A DNA stretch of 64,000 nucleotides, from NCBI RefSeq assembly GCF_037042905.1, contig NC_087251.1, forward strand, positions 248,001-312,000, in the 5' to 3' direction. Below the pieces are notes generated by a model. That model was given only the letters and a program-made list of their open reading frames with translations. It was not told where the DNA came from and ran no database searches. Shown here piece by piece: positions 1 to 14,200 of the stretch. This DNA is from Lytechinus pictus (lineage: Eukaryota). The translations under genes were made by a program, and so were the position numbers. Each line of letters starts with the position of its first letter. Position 1 is the first letter of the stretch.

Positions 1-2210
1 TCATCTAGGTTTATGGAATGCACGATCCTTGACAAACAAGATTGATGTAGTGACTTCTTTGATCATAAATAATGATATTGATGTACAGTGTATTAGTTAT
101 CAGTGAGTCTTGGTTTTCAGGTGATCACAGAGATGACCCTACTCTTGCGCAGTTGAAATTGTTCCTTCCAAATCACACCATTATCAATCGTCCCAGGAAG
201 ACTAGGGGAGGAGGTATATGTGTCCTCTATAGGTCCACACCACGTTGTGTTGTAAATGAAACCTTCAATTGTTCCTCATTTGAATTTTTTGGATCTAACC
301 GTCCATCATTTACCGCCCACCCCAATCCTCCCGGCACACTTCTTCAAGTGGTGATTTTCTTGAAGAGTTTCTCACTCTTCTGGAAAGTGCTGCTGTGGAT
401 GTTCATCATATTCTTCTTGGTGACTTTAATATTCACGTGGATGATTCTTCAGACAATTTTGCTAGATCTTTTCTTAATGGAGTGGAAGCCCTTGGATTCC
501 AACAACACATCAACGGGCCTACACACAAGGCTGGTCATACACTCGACCTTGTCCTTAGTAGAAATTCCGAAGATATTATCTCCCAGCATAGCATTTCACC
601 ATCTCTGCCATCTGATCACTCTGCTATTATTTGTACTATTAATCTCAAAGGGCCCCAAAACCCCAAGAAGAAAGTGACTTTCAGGAAACTTTCTAACATT
701 GACCCTAAATATTTTAGTCTGGATGTTAAAGGATTCCTTTCAATTTCCCTCTTGCCCATCTGAGGCAGCTTCTCTGTATAACGACTGTCTTGGTAAACTG
801 ATGGACAAGCATGCCCCTCTGCAGACTGTGACTGTTACAGTTAGACCAAAAGCTCCCTGGTTCTCTGCTGAAATTAGGGAGGCACGGCGACTGAGGCGAC
901 GCGCAGAACGTCGAATGATGAAGTCTGGCCTGCAGGTTGATAAGACGTTATATCGTCAAGAATGCGAAACCTACTTACAATAGCATCACTGATGCCAAAT
1001 CAAAATACTTTAGGTCTGAAATCGCTAACGCCGACTCCAAACAGCTATTCAGTATTGTACAGAAACTCTCCACCCCCTCTCAGTCCTCCATTTATCAATT
1101 GGCTACTCAGTCACCTTGAGAAGGAATTCTCCATCACTGTAACTATCCTGAAATGGATTCGCTATCATCTTCATGGTCGTTCCCAAGAAGTAATCATTAA
1201 TGACACGCTTTCTGAACCATTCCCTCTGATTTGTTGAGTTCCACAGGGATCTGTAGTCGGCCCACTCCTTTTTATCCTTTATACCAGTCCAATTTGAGGA
1301 GGCGCGATAGCTCAGTCGGTAGAGCGGGGGAATCGTATTCTGGTGACCCGGGTTCGATTCACACTTGGTGAGCTAGTGCCCTTTGGTAAGGCATTAATCC
1401 TCATTACCAGGTCCTTCGGAGAGGACCTTAAGCCGTCAGTCCTCTGGTTGCTGGCTTACAAGCATTCATGCTTTCTTAGCAATCAGGTAAAAAATCCCCA
1501 CCAATCAATCAATCAATCAATCAATCAAAAATCAATCAATTTCCAAACCCATAGAATCTCACCAAGGTGTTCAGCATGTAATGTATGTTGACGACACACA
1601 AATTTATGTTACACTTAAACCCAATGCGAAGGCTGAAGCAGCCCAAAAACTTCATAGCTCCTTTGAGGGCATTAAGGTTTGGTCTCATAACAGACTCTGC
1701 CTTAATGAACAAAAATTTTAGATTGTACACATCACTTCAAAATACAAAAAACACTACTCCATTACCCGATTTATATATAATGTTTCCATGAAGGGTAGTG
1801 AGTGTGTATGTGAACTTAGTGTGATCATTGACAACAATCTTACTCTTCAAGATCATATCAAGCATATCTGCAGGTCTGCGTCATACGGTATTTTCAAAAT
1901 TGGAAAGATTAGGAAATTACATGACCGACCCACAACTGCCAAACTAATACATAATTTGTTTCCTGTAAACTAGATTACTGCAACTCAATATTTTCCAACC
2001 TCCCTCATACGTACCTTATTCCATTTGAACGGGTACAAAAATCTGCTGCTAGGCTAGTCTTTCCCAGTAGGAAATTCAAGCACATAACCCTAATCCTTCA
2101 TTGGCTCCCCATTCATCACCATATCTCTTTCAAAGTTCTCCTTACCTACAAAATCCTCAGTGGCCAATCCCCCACATATCTCACAGGTCTCATTTCTTTA
2201 CGCTCTAGTA
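1..2210 (+). mobile_element. Decayed L2-clade LINE ORF2 (APE endonuclease + RT), frameshifted and internally deleted
   Basis: Pieces read LGLWNARSLTNK, ISESW, RGGGICV, LLGDFNIH, PTHKAGHTLDLV, SDH, KAPWF, VPQGSVVGPLLFILY, YVDDTQIY, LDYCNS and LHWLPI. Multiple stops and frameshifts; a large deletion near 1090. Confidence 0.9.
1296..1536 (+). mobile_element. tRNA-derived SINE inserted into the L2 RT domain
   Basis: A-box TAGCTCAGTCGG, B-box GGTTCGATTC and (CAAT)n tail. TSD CAATTT at 1290-1295 and 1537-1542. Removing it restores the RT frame (..YTSPISKPIESHQGVQHVMYVDD). Confidence 0.9.
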
Positions 2211-2454
2211 AAAGTTCATTAACCCTTAAAAGTCCTTTAACTTTATGTGACCAGAAACTCATGCCAGATCGTCAGTGACACTTGCTTACTCAAGTTTGTC
2301 CAAGTTTCATGAGATAGGTTCATATACTTCTAAAGTTATAAATGGCATTTCAATACTTATCCTTGGATAAGATTTAATGTTGACGATGCCACCCTCACAT
2401 GCACCAGAAAAGTGGTGCTTAAGTCTCACTGCTATACAGGCAAAACAAAAAATA

Positions 2455-3968
2455 ATAGAATTTTATTTCGTCATGAAGACGAATTAGGTGATCTGTCTCT
2501 GTTTTTCATGATCACGAATACAATCACCATGTTTATTGAGATCAATATGATCATCATGATGACAACCGAACTTTTCTAACGAAAAGAATGTGTTGCATAC
2601 TCTTGAAAAAGAGGGAAATTAGAAAGTTGTGTGAAAAAGTGTAGGTCATACACATAATGGTACATGTTATATTAAAAGGGATTTTAATCTCTTTTTTTGT
2701 CCAATGTTTTATTTTATATACATTTTAATGGTCATAAAGGACCATTTGTGAAATGTTAAAAAGAAAAAAAAAGGAAAAAAAAATCTCATGTTCACCCTTG
2801 GGCTCAAACCGTGGACCCTTGACACGCAAGTCTGATGCCTTACCAATTGAGCTACACTATTTCCCATAGACTTTACACATAAGCAAATTAAGAGGATCTC
2901 AAATCCAATTTTGCAAGTGAAATACAGGCATCCCGGCATCTGATCGGAAAATGGAGACCACACTTGCTATAGCTTAGAATCTCAGCTATAACATACTTAA
3001 AGTTCAGAGAAAACCGAAAACAAATAGTGGAGATATGGCTCGCGAAATAGAGGAATGTAGAATCCAGTTTGGAGAAAAAGTCATTTCCCATAGAGATTGC
3101 ATGCAAAATGAGCGAAAATTACATGCCTCTATAAATCGCCATTTTTTAGGATGATCCGTTCCCTGAAATGAAAATATAGCCATCACATCAGATAGAGCAA
3201 GTCCTCAGCTACACCATATTTGCATAACTATAATGACGTCATAAGTATCAAAATGGAAATTTTGAGTTCCGACGCCATTTTGATGACATGATAAAATTTA
3301 GGGTCAAACGTGACATGAAATCATATCTCCCATCCATAATCTATACAAATATATTTTTAAAAAATGGGGGTCAACAGATTTCCTGAAGAGCTATAATGAA
3401 TTTTGTATAGGCATGTTTTTGCACATATATTGTCTAGCGCGTGCTGCAAACTTTGATAGAGGCTAATTCCGTTATTACTTCTCGTAGAAAGTTGATCAAC
3501 GTATCAAATTACTCAGAATTATATTATCGGATGCATTGATATGAAAAAAATGGCGATCATATGTTGTATAGTGCAAGCGCGCAAATTTCTGAAATGCTTA
3601 AAATTACCTGATTCATACTCTACGCGCACGTTGTGACCTCTACACGACCTTTGATGACATGGACAGTTGACCCTTGACCTGAAGTTAATGTGATGTAAAT
3701 ATGGTTAATTTTTGATAATTGATAATGAAGATATGATTGATAATGTGATTTTACAAAATGGCGTCTAGATGACGTCATCATGACCTTTTGTCCTTGAACT
3801 TGTTTTATACACATGACATGATAAGTCCCCACAACTGATGATATTTTGATGAAAATTGATAGTTTTGTTGATTTTGGTGGAACAAGGGTGGAAAAATAAA
3901 AATAAAGAAATAAAAAAGAAAATTCGTACAAAATTAATATTTGATCTGTCGATTGACAGATCACCTAA
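2455..3968 (+). mobile_element. Helentron-type non-autonomous element (family D), copy 1
   Basis: 5' palindrome TTCGTCATGAAGACGAA. SubTIR TTAGGTGATCTGTC / GACAGATCACCTAA. 3' hairpin GATCTGTC-GATT-GACAGATC. Homologous copy at 36096-39955. Confidence 0.7.
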
Positions 3969-4484
3969 AAAACATCCTACATGTATTAACTAGGTTTATT
4001 ATGGATAAGTCCAAAGGGTTTAAAATTCTAATAAACACATACAACATGTATCCTTAGTATTTTGTCTAGAAATAACTAACAGCATCTCCAAATTGTATAC
4101 TTGTGTATACTTGTGTATACTGTGGAAATACATAGTATACTCAAGTCACAATATATAGAATGAACACTATTATTTATAAGTAACAACCGTTCCATGAACC
4201 ATGCAGCTCTCTTTCATCGCCGAGTTGAATAGAGTGTCTTTTTTATTTCACAGAATGTAAAATGTCGCAACATTGCAGGAATAATATACGCTATTTGTGA
4301 TGTACAACGCCTCTGAAGTAAGGATTAAAATACAAACAATAATCCATATTTTCCTTTGCCAATGTATGAAATAAAGAATTATTGACAGCGAAAAGCAAAA
4401 TCCCTCAAACATGTATCTAATCTGAAGTAGCAATGCACATGTAGCCAGTAAGCCTTACTCGTATTGCACCTGCCTTCACCAATA

Positions 4485-4636
4485 CCTCAGTCACATTTCC
4501 TCTACGGCTACTGTACGGCGAGTCGAAAACAGCCATTTTATTTTATCTTATTCAGACCACCCATATGTTGCTGGTATAAAAAACGTTAAATCTGCCGTTT
4601 TCAACTCACTGTACCACGGGGGAAATGTGACTGAGG
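4485..4636. mobile_element. TA-flanked MITE (~150 bp)
   Basis: TIR CCTCAGTCACATTTCC / GGAAATGTGACTGAGG, with TA on both sides. Confidence 0.75.
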
Positions 4637-4818
4637 TAGAAGTGCAATGCATTGAATCATAATTTCTAATTGTGACGTCACATAACCGTGCAATGGTACA
4701 TTATAGACGGTATGTGTGCAACGGTACAAATGTTTGACATTCAGTGTCCCATTTGCTCATGTACAACAAGCTAAGTAGGCGTTGTACAATATTATTAGTG
4801 ATATGAATGTGAATGTTT

Positions 4819-6385
4819 AACAAGTGGAACACCCCTGGCAGTCTCGCCTGCATTACGCAATCCGATACAGCAGCAGTGCTGCCTTTGAAAACAGCTAATT
4901 TTATGTCCATTGACCAAAAATGACCTCTGACCATGTCCATGTGACCTAAGACATGTGCAAAACAATCATTCATACACTTGATTGCCCTTATGCTGTTATG
5001 TCGATGTTTCGTGAGCTAGATCCATGAACTTTCTAAGTTATGATGCCAATTCAACACATACTCCCAACATGGCCAGAGTTCATTGACCTTTAAATGACCT
5101 TTGATCTTGGCCATGTTCCTGAAACTCGCACAGAATGTTCAAGGATACTTGATTGCTCTTATGTCCAAGTTTCATGAACTAGATCCATAAAATTTCAGAG
5201 TAATGATGACAATTCCTTAACCCTATCTCGGCCGGGGTATTTTGGGAGTTCATATGGCTGGGGGGGGGGGGGCCCTCCCAGGCCCCCCATTGAGATCTCG
5301 GCCGTTGGCCCCGCGATCGCGCCGAAAATTGGCACACAGGTTGTCTGGGACATAATCTACAAAATTGTATAGTAATTTATTTCATGCAAATTGCTATTAA
5401 GTGATTACGCTAATTTATGCATAATTAGTATACAAAATCATACTTTTCCCTCAAAGCTCCAAATGTTCTAATTTTTTGGTTTGGAAACTCTTTATTGTGT
5501 TCTTAGCAAGTGTACATGAAAAAAATTGCGATATCAGATCAATTTCTTATGTATTATATTGTTTTTTACAATTTCTTATGTATTTCTTTGTTTTTTTGAC
5601 CTTTTGTTTTTCATTGTTTTTTCAATGAAATTTGTTGGGGACTCTTCTGAGATCATAAACAGCATAAAATAAATACATTTGGACCAGCAAAACTAAAAAT
5701 AATCATACATTTATGATTTTTGGTTGAAAACACAATTTGTATTGACTTTATACACGAAATCACGTTTTTGAGCAATTTTTGGTCTGACATGCACTTACAT
5801 AATGTTGCGTAATTTCGGAACCGCATACCTGGGTGACACAAAACTGGTCTCAAAAGTTGTGCAAGACTTGAAAGTAAAAAGTCAGCGAGCGGCGCAGTCA
5901 AAAGATTTCGCATGGCAAAAATATTGCGCGATTCGTTTAGGGGGGGCCTCCGAGGCCCCCCCCCCCCCCCGGCCTGGATAGGGTTAAATACCCCCAACAT
6001 GGCCAAAGTTCATTGACCCTAAGTGACCTTATGACCTTGGTCATGTGACCTGAAACTAGCACATGATATTGAGGGATACATGGTTGCTCTTATGTCCAAG
6101 TTTAATGAACTAGATCCATAAACTTTTAAAGTTACAATTCCTTAAATAACCCCAACATGGCCAAATTTTGTTGACCCTATTTGATCTTTGACCTTGATCA
6201 TGTGACCTGAAACTTAGGCATGATGTTCAGTAATACTTGATTACCCGTATATCCAAGTTTCATGAACTAGGTCAAAATACTTTCAAAGTTATGATAACAT
6301 TTCAAAAACTTAACCTTGGTTAAGATTTCAATGTTGACAACGTCGCCGCCGCCATCGGAAAAGCGGCGCCTTTAGTCTCGCTCTG
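4819..6385 (+). mobile_element. HINE family B with ~160-bp core repeats, interrupted by a piggyBac-like MITE
   Basis: Starts AACAAGTGGAA..GTCTCGCCTGCAT. Repeated GTTCATTGACC..TGACCTTTGACC..CCAAGTTTCATGAACTAG units. 3' GCCGCC..GGAAAAGCGGCGCC. Matches 9823-10415. Confidence 0.75.
5221..5983. mobile_element. piggyBac-like MITE
   Basis: TTAA TSD at 5217-5220 and 5984-5987. Termini CCCTATCTCGGCCGG / CCGGCCTGGATAGGG. Inverted copy at 24840-25605. Confidence 0.85.
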
Positions 6386-6857
6386 AACTGAAAATCCTTG
6401 AAGCTCCCATAATTTGACTTTTTTACTATTAACAATAAGTGAGGTGCCAATCCTGTCCAATCATCTCTTTTCCTAATTCACTATTTTTACAAATATTTAG
6501 GCATAACTTGATGAAGAATGTAATATGCAACAACTTAATGAATGTTCACTGTGCCCATGTCTTATAATATTTTCAGACAGTTCACAAACCAATGTTGTAA
6601 ATTAATTTCAGTTCAACAGTGTTCTCCCTGAAAAATCAAGCAATTGACACAATACCTCATAAACGATTGAACCCATTAAAACAATAAAAGCGGGTCACCT
6701 TATGCTTCATAATTTGAAAAAAAAGTATCGTTTTACTTGTTTATATCACAAATAAATAAAAAATGAGGAAAACAAAATTTTGTTTAAAGTCCAGTGAGAT
6801 GGATAGATATGTTATGATTTCAGTTTGTTCTCTTTACAAATTAGTGTTCATACTTAC

Positions 6858-6914
6858 TGGTCTTTTATCTTTTCTTGCCTGTTGGACATCTCTCTTCATC
6901 TGAACTTTGCCGGA
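6858..6914 (-). CDS. Probable exon 7 of the coiled-coil/PDZ gene (SGKVQMKRDVQQARKDKRP)
   Basis: Polypyrimidine acceptor TTTTACTCTTTAG and donor GTAAGT. 57 nt, open, phase 0 like the upstream exons. Confidence 0.6.
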
Positions 6915-7478
6915 CTAAAGAGTAAAAGACAAAATAATAAATCACCATGAGGTGCTATTCACTTGACGACTGTCAATAGGTTAATAAAATATTAATTGTG
7001 AAAGTACTATCAATACAAAATGTGAACAATTGATAGGGAAGACTTTGAATTTCAACTTTATCAGCAATAGCTTGTTTTCATTATATAAGGGCTATTTCAT
7101 AAAGCTGCTTGGAGATCTTTTCTGGTGCTACATGTAAAAGAGATACTTCAAATGTCCTGTTTTAACACTACAGTGAGTCAGAAAAAAAACCTTTACACTT
7201 TTATCATGACCCTTTACTCACAAGGGGAGATGGGTTATCATTTTTATATTTTTGGGATTTAGATAGAGTATTTTATCCCACTTCTTTTAATACCAAATTT
7301 GTAATACTTTGTATATGGTTGACTAAACACGAGGGAATTACGTTGACTAGTTGAAAACCCATTTGCGCCAACTTCAAACAATGTCTTGCCTGATTTTGAG
7401 CTGTAACACTATGACTGCAGATCTTTTTTATGATAATTTTTTTTCCAAATCAGGCAAGGCATTATTGAATCTATTTGA

Positions 7479-8165
7479 AACAAGGCAAAAGCGATTTTGT
7501 GTCTCGCCCACTTATGAAAATAACCAGAAATATCGTGATTTGCGAGGGCACGCAACAGAATTGTATCAAAACTTCATTGTGAAATGACTGGGATGGAATA
7601 ACACTTGTCATAAGTCTTGCACGTAAACTTTAATGTTGACCTGAAAATGACCTATCACTTTACCATGTGACCTCCGACTGCAGCATAACATGCAGGTCGC
7701 CTAAGTACATATACCATCCAAGTTTGGTTGAAAAGTGACTTACGGTTGCGGAATTACGTGTCATAAGAGAGTCTTGGATTTAAACTTTAACGTTGACCTG
7801 AAAATGACCTTTGACCTTACCATGTGACCTCCGACTGCACCATAACATGCAGGTCCCCCAATTACATCTACCATCTAAGTTTGGTTGGAAAGTGACTTAC
7901 GGTTGCGGAGTAAAGTGTCATAAGAGAGTCTTGCATGTAAGCTTTAATGTTGACCTGAAAATGACCTTTGACCTTACCATGTGACCTCTGACTGCAGCAT
8001 AACATGCAGGTCCCCCAAGTCCATCTACCATCCAAGTTTGGTTGAAAAGTGACTTACGGTTGCGGAGGTACATGTATGTGTCATAAGGTTTGTGACGGAC
8101 GGACGACAGACGACAGACATTTGGATCCCTAAGTCTCACCTTCACCTCTGGTGGGCGAGACAAAA
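7479..8165 (+). mobile_element. HINE family C with 157-bp core repeats
   Basis: 5' AACAAGGC..TGTCTCGCCC and 3' GGGCGAGACAAAA subTIR. GACG/GACA microsatellite. TTGACCTGAAAATGACC recurs at 7636, 7793 and 7950. Confidence 0.8.
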
Positions 8166-9822
8166 CCAACAGACGGGGAAACTTGGCTAAAACTCGAGCT
8201 AATCGGCTTATTAGGAGGATTTATTTTACAAATATCAGAGTATGAAGCTTGTTTCATGATACAGTATTTTAGGCAGTCAAGCATGATGAAAAGAACAATA
8301 TGATCACAGTTCAGTCATCAATTCACTAGACACTTCCCAAATCCCTCATACACCGTATGTACTTTTGTGTACACATTTCTAACCTTGTTCCACATTTTAT
8401 TCCATTAGCTAGTCATTAGTAATCTTTGTGATGAAATACAAAGAAATATCGACTGCATGATATTGCTCCGTTATTCTTTCTCTGAATAAATTAAAAATCT
8501 TAAAAATAACCACGCTGTTGGGAGAGTATGTGGGTTTGAACTGTGCTTGTACAAAACCCAGTAACACAATACCACTGCGTGACGTTACATGAACGGGCCC
8601 TTTCTCCGTGAGTGAAATTGCGTTTCCAGCTCTCAGATTTGGGTGGCGTTTCATTGGTTAAATTCGGTATTTTCTTTTTGTTTTGTTACCTGGATGGAGT
8701 TACATGTAGATGGTATTCTAGGGGTGAAATATTTGTATTGATGTGAAAATCTCAGTTTTTGTAATCGTCTTCTTATGTCTATTGTATTATCTTCTGCGCA
8801 TACAATTTGTGTAATATTTTTGTCTAATAACGAACGCTTCTTTTATAAACTCATGTCCTTATTGACGGAGACCATGATAGGATCACAATAGATAAATATG
8901 AAGAGAATGTTATTCAGATGACAGTGACATTCACATGCGAGTGAATTCATTAACTAACCAATAAATGTCCAGCTCTCATAGGTCAATGACATGGTACCAC
9001 AATCATAAACACTATTGACTCGACCGTAAACACAATCTCAATTCAGAAGGCAAATCAAAGACTTTTTTTCATTCGCCAACTCAAAAAGCTTCATTTGGAC
9101 ATTGGCAAATCGGGATGGGGGGCGCATTACGTCACAGCTCATCTTTATCTAGTCAAACCAACTAACGAAAGCTAGATCCGCCACTGTTGGATAGGTTGAT
9201 CTTGTTCCTGTTTTACAAGTCTATTATCCAGTCAGTTGTAATGTTCAATGTAATAACAAAGAGAAGCTTGAACATCCACAGAAAATTTCCCAGAAAATAA
9301 TCGGTCATGAATTACCCAATCGAAGCTCTGTACAATGACAGATTACTTGCTAAGTCCAGGCTATCTTAAAGGACAAGTCCACCCCAACAAAAAGTTTATT
9401 CGAATAAAAAGAGAAAAATCCAACAAGCATAACACTGAAAATTTCATTAAAATCGGACGTAAATTAAGAAAGTCATGACATTTTAAAGTTTCGCTTCATT
9501 TCACAAAACAGTTATATGCACATCCTGGTCAGTATGCAAATGAGGGAACTGATGACATCACTCACTCACTATTTCTCATTGTCCTGTGAAACAAAGTTTT
9601 ATTTCTCCCTGAACATGATGAATTACCATTGCTTAACATTTTATGGTTCATTCAAGTTGGTCCTCATTGTCAAATCTGCAAAAATTGAAATAATTATATA
9701 TATTGGATTTTATTGCAATAAAAACTATCAAAATACAATCACAAGCAGTCAAAGACTGAAATGAGTGAATGTTTACATGTACAAATAGAAATATAACAAA
9801 ATATAAAGTAAACATTATAAAT

Positions 9823-10415
9823 AACAAGTGGAATGCCTCTGGCGGTCTCACCTGCATCACGCGATTCAATATAGCAGCAGTGCTGACTTTGAAACCTACT
9901 ATAACTCGCACAAGATGTTCAGTGATACTTGGTTACTCTTATGTCCACGTTTTATGAACTAGACCAATACACTTACAGAGATATGATGGTAATTCAACAG
10001 ATACCCCCATTCGGCCAAAGTTCATTGACCTTTGACCTTGGTCATGTGACCTGAAATGCGCACAGGATGATCAATGATACTTGATTACTCTTATGTCCAA
10101 GTTTAATGAACTAGACCAATATACTTTCAAAGTTATGATGGTAATTCAACAAATACCCCCAATTTGGCCAAAGTTCATTGACCCTAAATGACCTTTGACC
10201 TTGGTCATGTGACGCGAAACTCATGCAGGATGTTCAGTAATACTTGATTAACCTTATGGCCAAGTTTCATGAACTAGGTCCATATACTTTCTAAGTTATG
10301 CTGTCATTTCAAAAACTTAACCTTAGGTTAAGATTTGATGTTGGCGCCGCCGCCGTCGCCGCTGCCGTCGGAAAAGCGGCGCCTATAGTCTCACACTGCT
10401 ATGCAGGTGAGACAG
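9823..10415 (+). mobile_element. HINE family B, complete copy inserted in the LINE 3' UTR
   Basis: SubTIR GTCTCACCTGCAT (~9845) / ATGCAGGTGAGAC (10401-10413), 3' hairpin, tandem core units. Confidence 0.8.
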
Positions 10416-10869
10416 AAATTAAATACAATACAAATTCATACAGATGAAAAAGAAATGTATCATAAGTAAATACCAAAGGCCATAACATAATTACTACAAA
10501 GTGTCACCAATGAAGAATAGGGGGAATGAAAGATTAGGAAGAGGAGAGGAAAAAGATGAGAAAAGGGAAAGAAATAGGGATAAGACAAAAGAGAAGGGAA
10601 AGCAAGAGGTGGAAATTGAAAAGAGAATAAGAGGCAACCTTAAGAATAAAAAACTCATTATACAATACAAGACATTTAACAATGGTCACTAACATGTAAA
10701 TAAAGTAGTAATTGAATCGAATCGAGCACAAAAAAGGGAAAAGTAGAGCTGAGGAAATATACTCCCAAAAGAAGTCCAAGCACTGTGTTGATATTGCACA
10801 TGAGGAGATTAATTGCAAACCATCTAAATTCAAAACCTGAAACAGTACAACAACAAATAATTCCTGAAG

Positions 10870-11270
10870 AAAGATAGGAGAGAAAAGGCAGAAAAAGAAG
10901 AAAGAAGCAGTTAAAGAAAAACAAAGGGGAGTGAGAGAGGGAAAAAGAGAAAGGAAGGAGAAGAGGGGAGAAAGGAGAGAGAGGAAAGAGAAAGGGGAAG
11001 AAGCAAGGAGGGGCAGAGAATTCCAAGAGAGGAGAGAGAAAAGAAGGGGAGAGAGGGGAGAGGGAAAAAAGAAAAAAGGAAAGAGAAAGAGAGGGAGGAA
11101 AGGGGAGAGACAGGAAGAAGAGGGGAGAGAGGAGAGAGAGGAAAAAGAAAGGGGGAGAAGCAAGGAGGAGGGGCAGAGAATTCCAAGAGAGGAGAGAGAA
11201 AAGAAAGAATAACAGAAGACAGAAGGGAAAAGAATAGAAAAAAGACAAATGAGGAGAGAGAAAATGGAAA
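10870..11270. repeat. Polypurine (GA-rich) low-complexity tract
   Basis: Almost purely A/G, with an internal duplication of AGAAGCAAGGAG..GCAGAGAATTCCAAGAGAGGAGAGAGAAAAGAA. Confidence 0.85.
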
Positions 11271-14200
11271 AGTACTGTTCATCAACAAAAGATACAAGTT
11301 AGAAAGGAAATCAAATCAAACAAGCTTCAAATCATTGATTATCTTTACTGCTTGAGGTAGGAATGAATTTTGGTACCTAGAAGTACGGCAAGGTATGCAG
11401 CAAAGAGGGTCAGAATTCCTCAACTGACGGAAATTTGGCAAGGCGTCTCTACGTTATGGAAGCATGCATACATACCTTGATTGTACAAAAGATCTGACAA
11501 ACATTGTAAGTAATTGTAAGCATCTATCAGCAAGGCTTGGGATGTCCAAACACTCAAGGGCATGAAGATAATCAATATACATGTACAGTAGTTACCATAA
11601 CATAACATTATACGACAGGCCCTCCTATGTACACGTTCAATCTTATCTGATTGCTGGGCAGTTATGGAGGATGACCAAACTGGTGAGGCATAATCGACCA
11701 GTGGCCTAATATACATGCTATAAATAGCAACCAAATCATTCATTGGGACACTGCATCTCTTAAGTACACAAAGAATATACAATCGTTTTGATGCTTGTTT
11801 GATGACATAAGCTACATGTATATTCCATTTCATGTCGGATTGTAAGTAGACACCAAGTAGCTTAACAGACTCAATGGACTGAAGAACATCATCCCCAATA
11901 CTGATCTCCGGCATGGGAGTAGGTTTTCTTAAAAAGGATATATGCATTATTTTACATTTCTCTGGTTTTGGGGTCATTTGCATATCAGAAGAACATTTGG
12001 AAATCAAAGATATATGTTCCTGTAGGGTAGAGGGTTGTGATTTGTATCTGATTTCAGCAATACTCAAATCATCCACATATTTCTATCTTAGGGGAGTAGA
12101 CGTAGCAACGTCATTGATCATGATCAAGAAAATAATGGGTCCGAGCTTTGTCCCTTGCGGGACGCCACAGGTAGTTCTTGCTAAATTACTATGAATAGAC
12201 CCAACTCGAACACTTTGAGATTATTACTTAGATAGCTACATAGCAATACAATAAGGTTAGGATTAATGCCAAGGTCAATCAGTTTCTCAATTAATACATT
12301 GTGATTTATATGGTCAAACGCCTTAGCATAATCGATAGTACATAAAGTGGCAACATGACCAGGTTTATTAGTACCTTTGAGGATTGAATCAATCAAGCTT
12401 ATCAGATAGTGGGAGGTTGATGATCCTTTAATATTACCAAACTGTTGCTTATCTATCTTATTACTGATATCCTGATACAACCACTTGGTTAAGAATGACT
12501 CAAAAACCTTAGCAAAGGTGGGGGTAAGAGATATGGGTCTTAAAAGATCAACAGAGTTACAGGGGAAAGTCTTGGGAATAGGGACAATGTCAGAGTTCTT
12601 AACAATCAGGGAAGATGCCAGACTCCAGACTACTATTGAAGATCATGGCCAATGGTTCAGCTAATTCCTAGGCAAATTCCGTAATGAGTCTGACAGGTAC
12701 ATCATCATGATGACAGAATTTAGAAGCATTGAGATTGCGCAATTCTTGATGAACCTGATAGGCTTCCACTCTAGGGGGTGGTTGTGATGCAGGTAAGAAA
12801 GACTGTAGAGTACAGATGTCAAGCGGAGGTAGTTGACTACAAATACAAGCAAAATGGTCATTAATAAGATTAGCTTGATCGATAGGGCGCATTTCACAAC
12901 CAAGAAGGGATGTAGCTCTTTTATTCATTCCAGTGATGCTACGAATTTGCTGATGCCAACTTTTGCGGTTGGATTTCCGTAAAATCATGACTTTCTGAGA
13001 ATAGAAGTGATCCTTTTGCACTTGTACCTCACGTTTGACTCGATTGCGAAGATTCCTATAGTGTGCCATCCTATTTGATTTGAAAGCACACTGCCTTTCA
13101 TTAATTAGCGATAAGATGCGTTTAGTGATCCACGGCTTATCCTGAGATCTGCGTTTGACATTAACTAATGGGAAGTGTAGATGGAACATCCGAGAAAGAG
13201 AATCCTGGAAATTAGAAGCCATATCCTCGACAGTCTGGTGCTCGAGAAGGTGACTCCAGCTAGTAGACGTGATCTCCTCACCAAAAGCACGGATGTTAGA
13301 CTCCCGGAAAAGTCTGAAGGCAATTTCTATTGAAGACTTCTTGGGTATGATTGTTCGAACTCTCATAATCACTGTTTTGTGATCACTTTTGGAGATTGGA
13401 TTAATTACTTCAGGAACATAGTAATAATCAGCCATATCCATAAAGATCTTGTCGAGAATGTTATCACCTCTCGTCGGCAATGTAACTATTTGTTTTAGTA
13501 ATAGGTCATTGCACAGGGAGGATGTATCTAAGTCATTAAAATCACCAAAAATAATAAAATTACTGATGGGATGTTGTACTCTGAGCTGATCAAAAGAAAA
13601 AATCAATTTGTTTAATATACGTTGTTCAAAATCACGCCCAGGTTGGGGGGGGGGGCAGTACACAGCAGCCACAAAAATTATACGTTTTAGTGGCACAATC
13701 AGCTTCAACCATAAAATCTCAAAATCATCTTCATGAAGATTATCAATCCGCTCAGTCTGAATGTCAGAACGAACATAAGCCGCCACACCTCCACCAACAC
13801 GGCCAATGCGGTCATTACGGAACAAGTCATAGCCAGGTATACTGAGTGAACTTGATAGAATGTTATCCTGAAGCCAGGTTTCAGTAATAACAGCAATATC
13901 ACATTTATTGACAGATAATGTGCCAAGTAAATCCTCAAATTTGTTTTTCATTGAGCGCAAATTAGAAAGTAAGATTGAGGGTAAAGGAATACAGTAAGAT
14001 TCTGATCTAGAGATTTGCCTCAAATTCTAATAGGTAGGTTTACTTCTAAAGTTATGAGGTAAGCATTGATGGCTAGTAGTAACACATACTTGTATTCTGC
14101 ATTGAACTTTCCGTCCACCTCTGCATCCACGTTTCTTTAAAATACCACCTTCTTTACAAGTTCTAATGGTTTCTGGAGAGAGGTGAGATTTCAGATTCCG

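Noticed and set aside
1296..1372. Genuine tRNA gene
   Set aside because: No proper acceptor stem; continues into a SINE body and tail with a TSD.
10494..11297. Hydrophobic Leu/Phe/Ser and Lys/Glu/Arg ORFs
   Set aside because: Artefacts of the polypurine tract.
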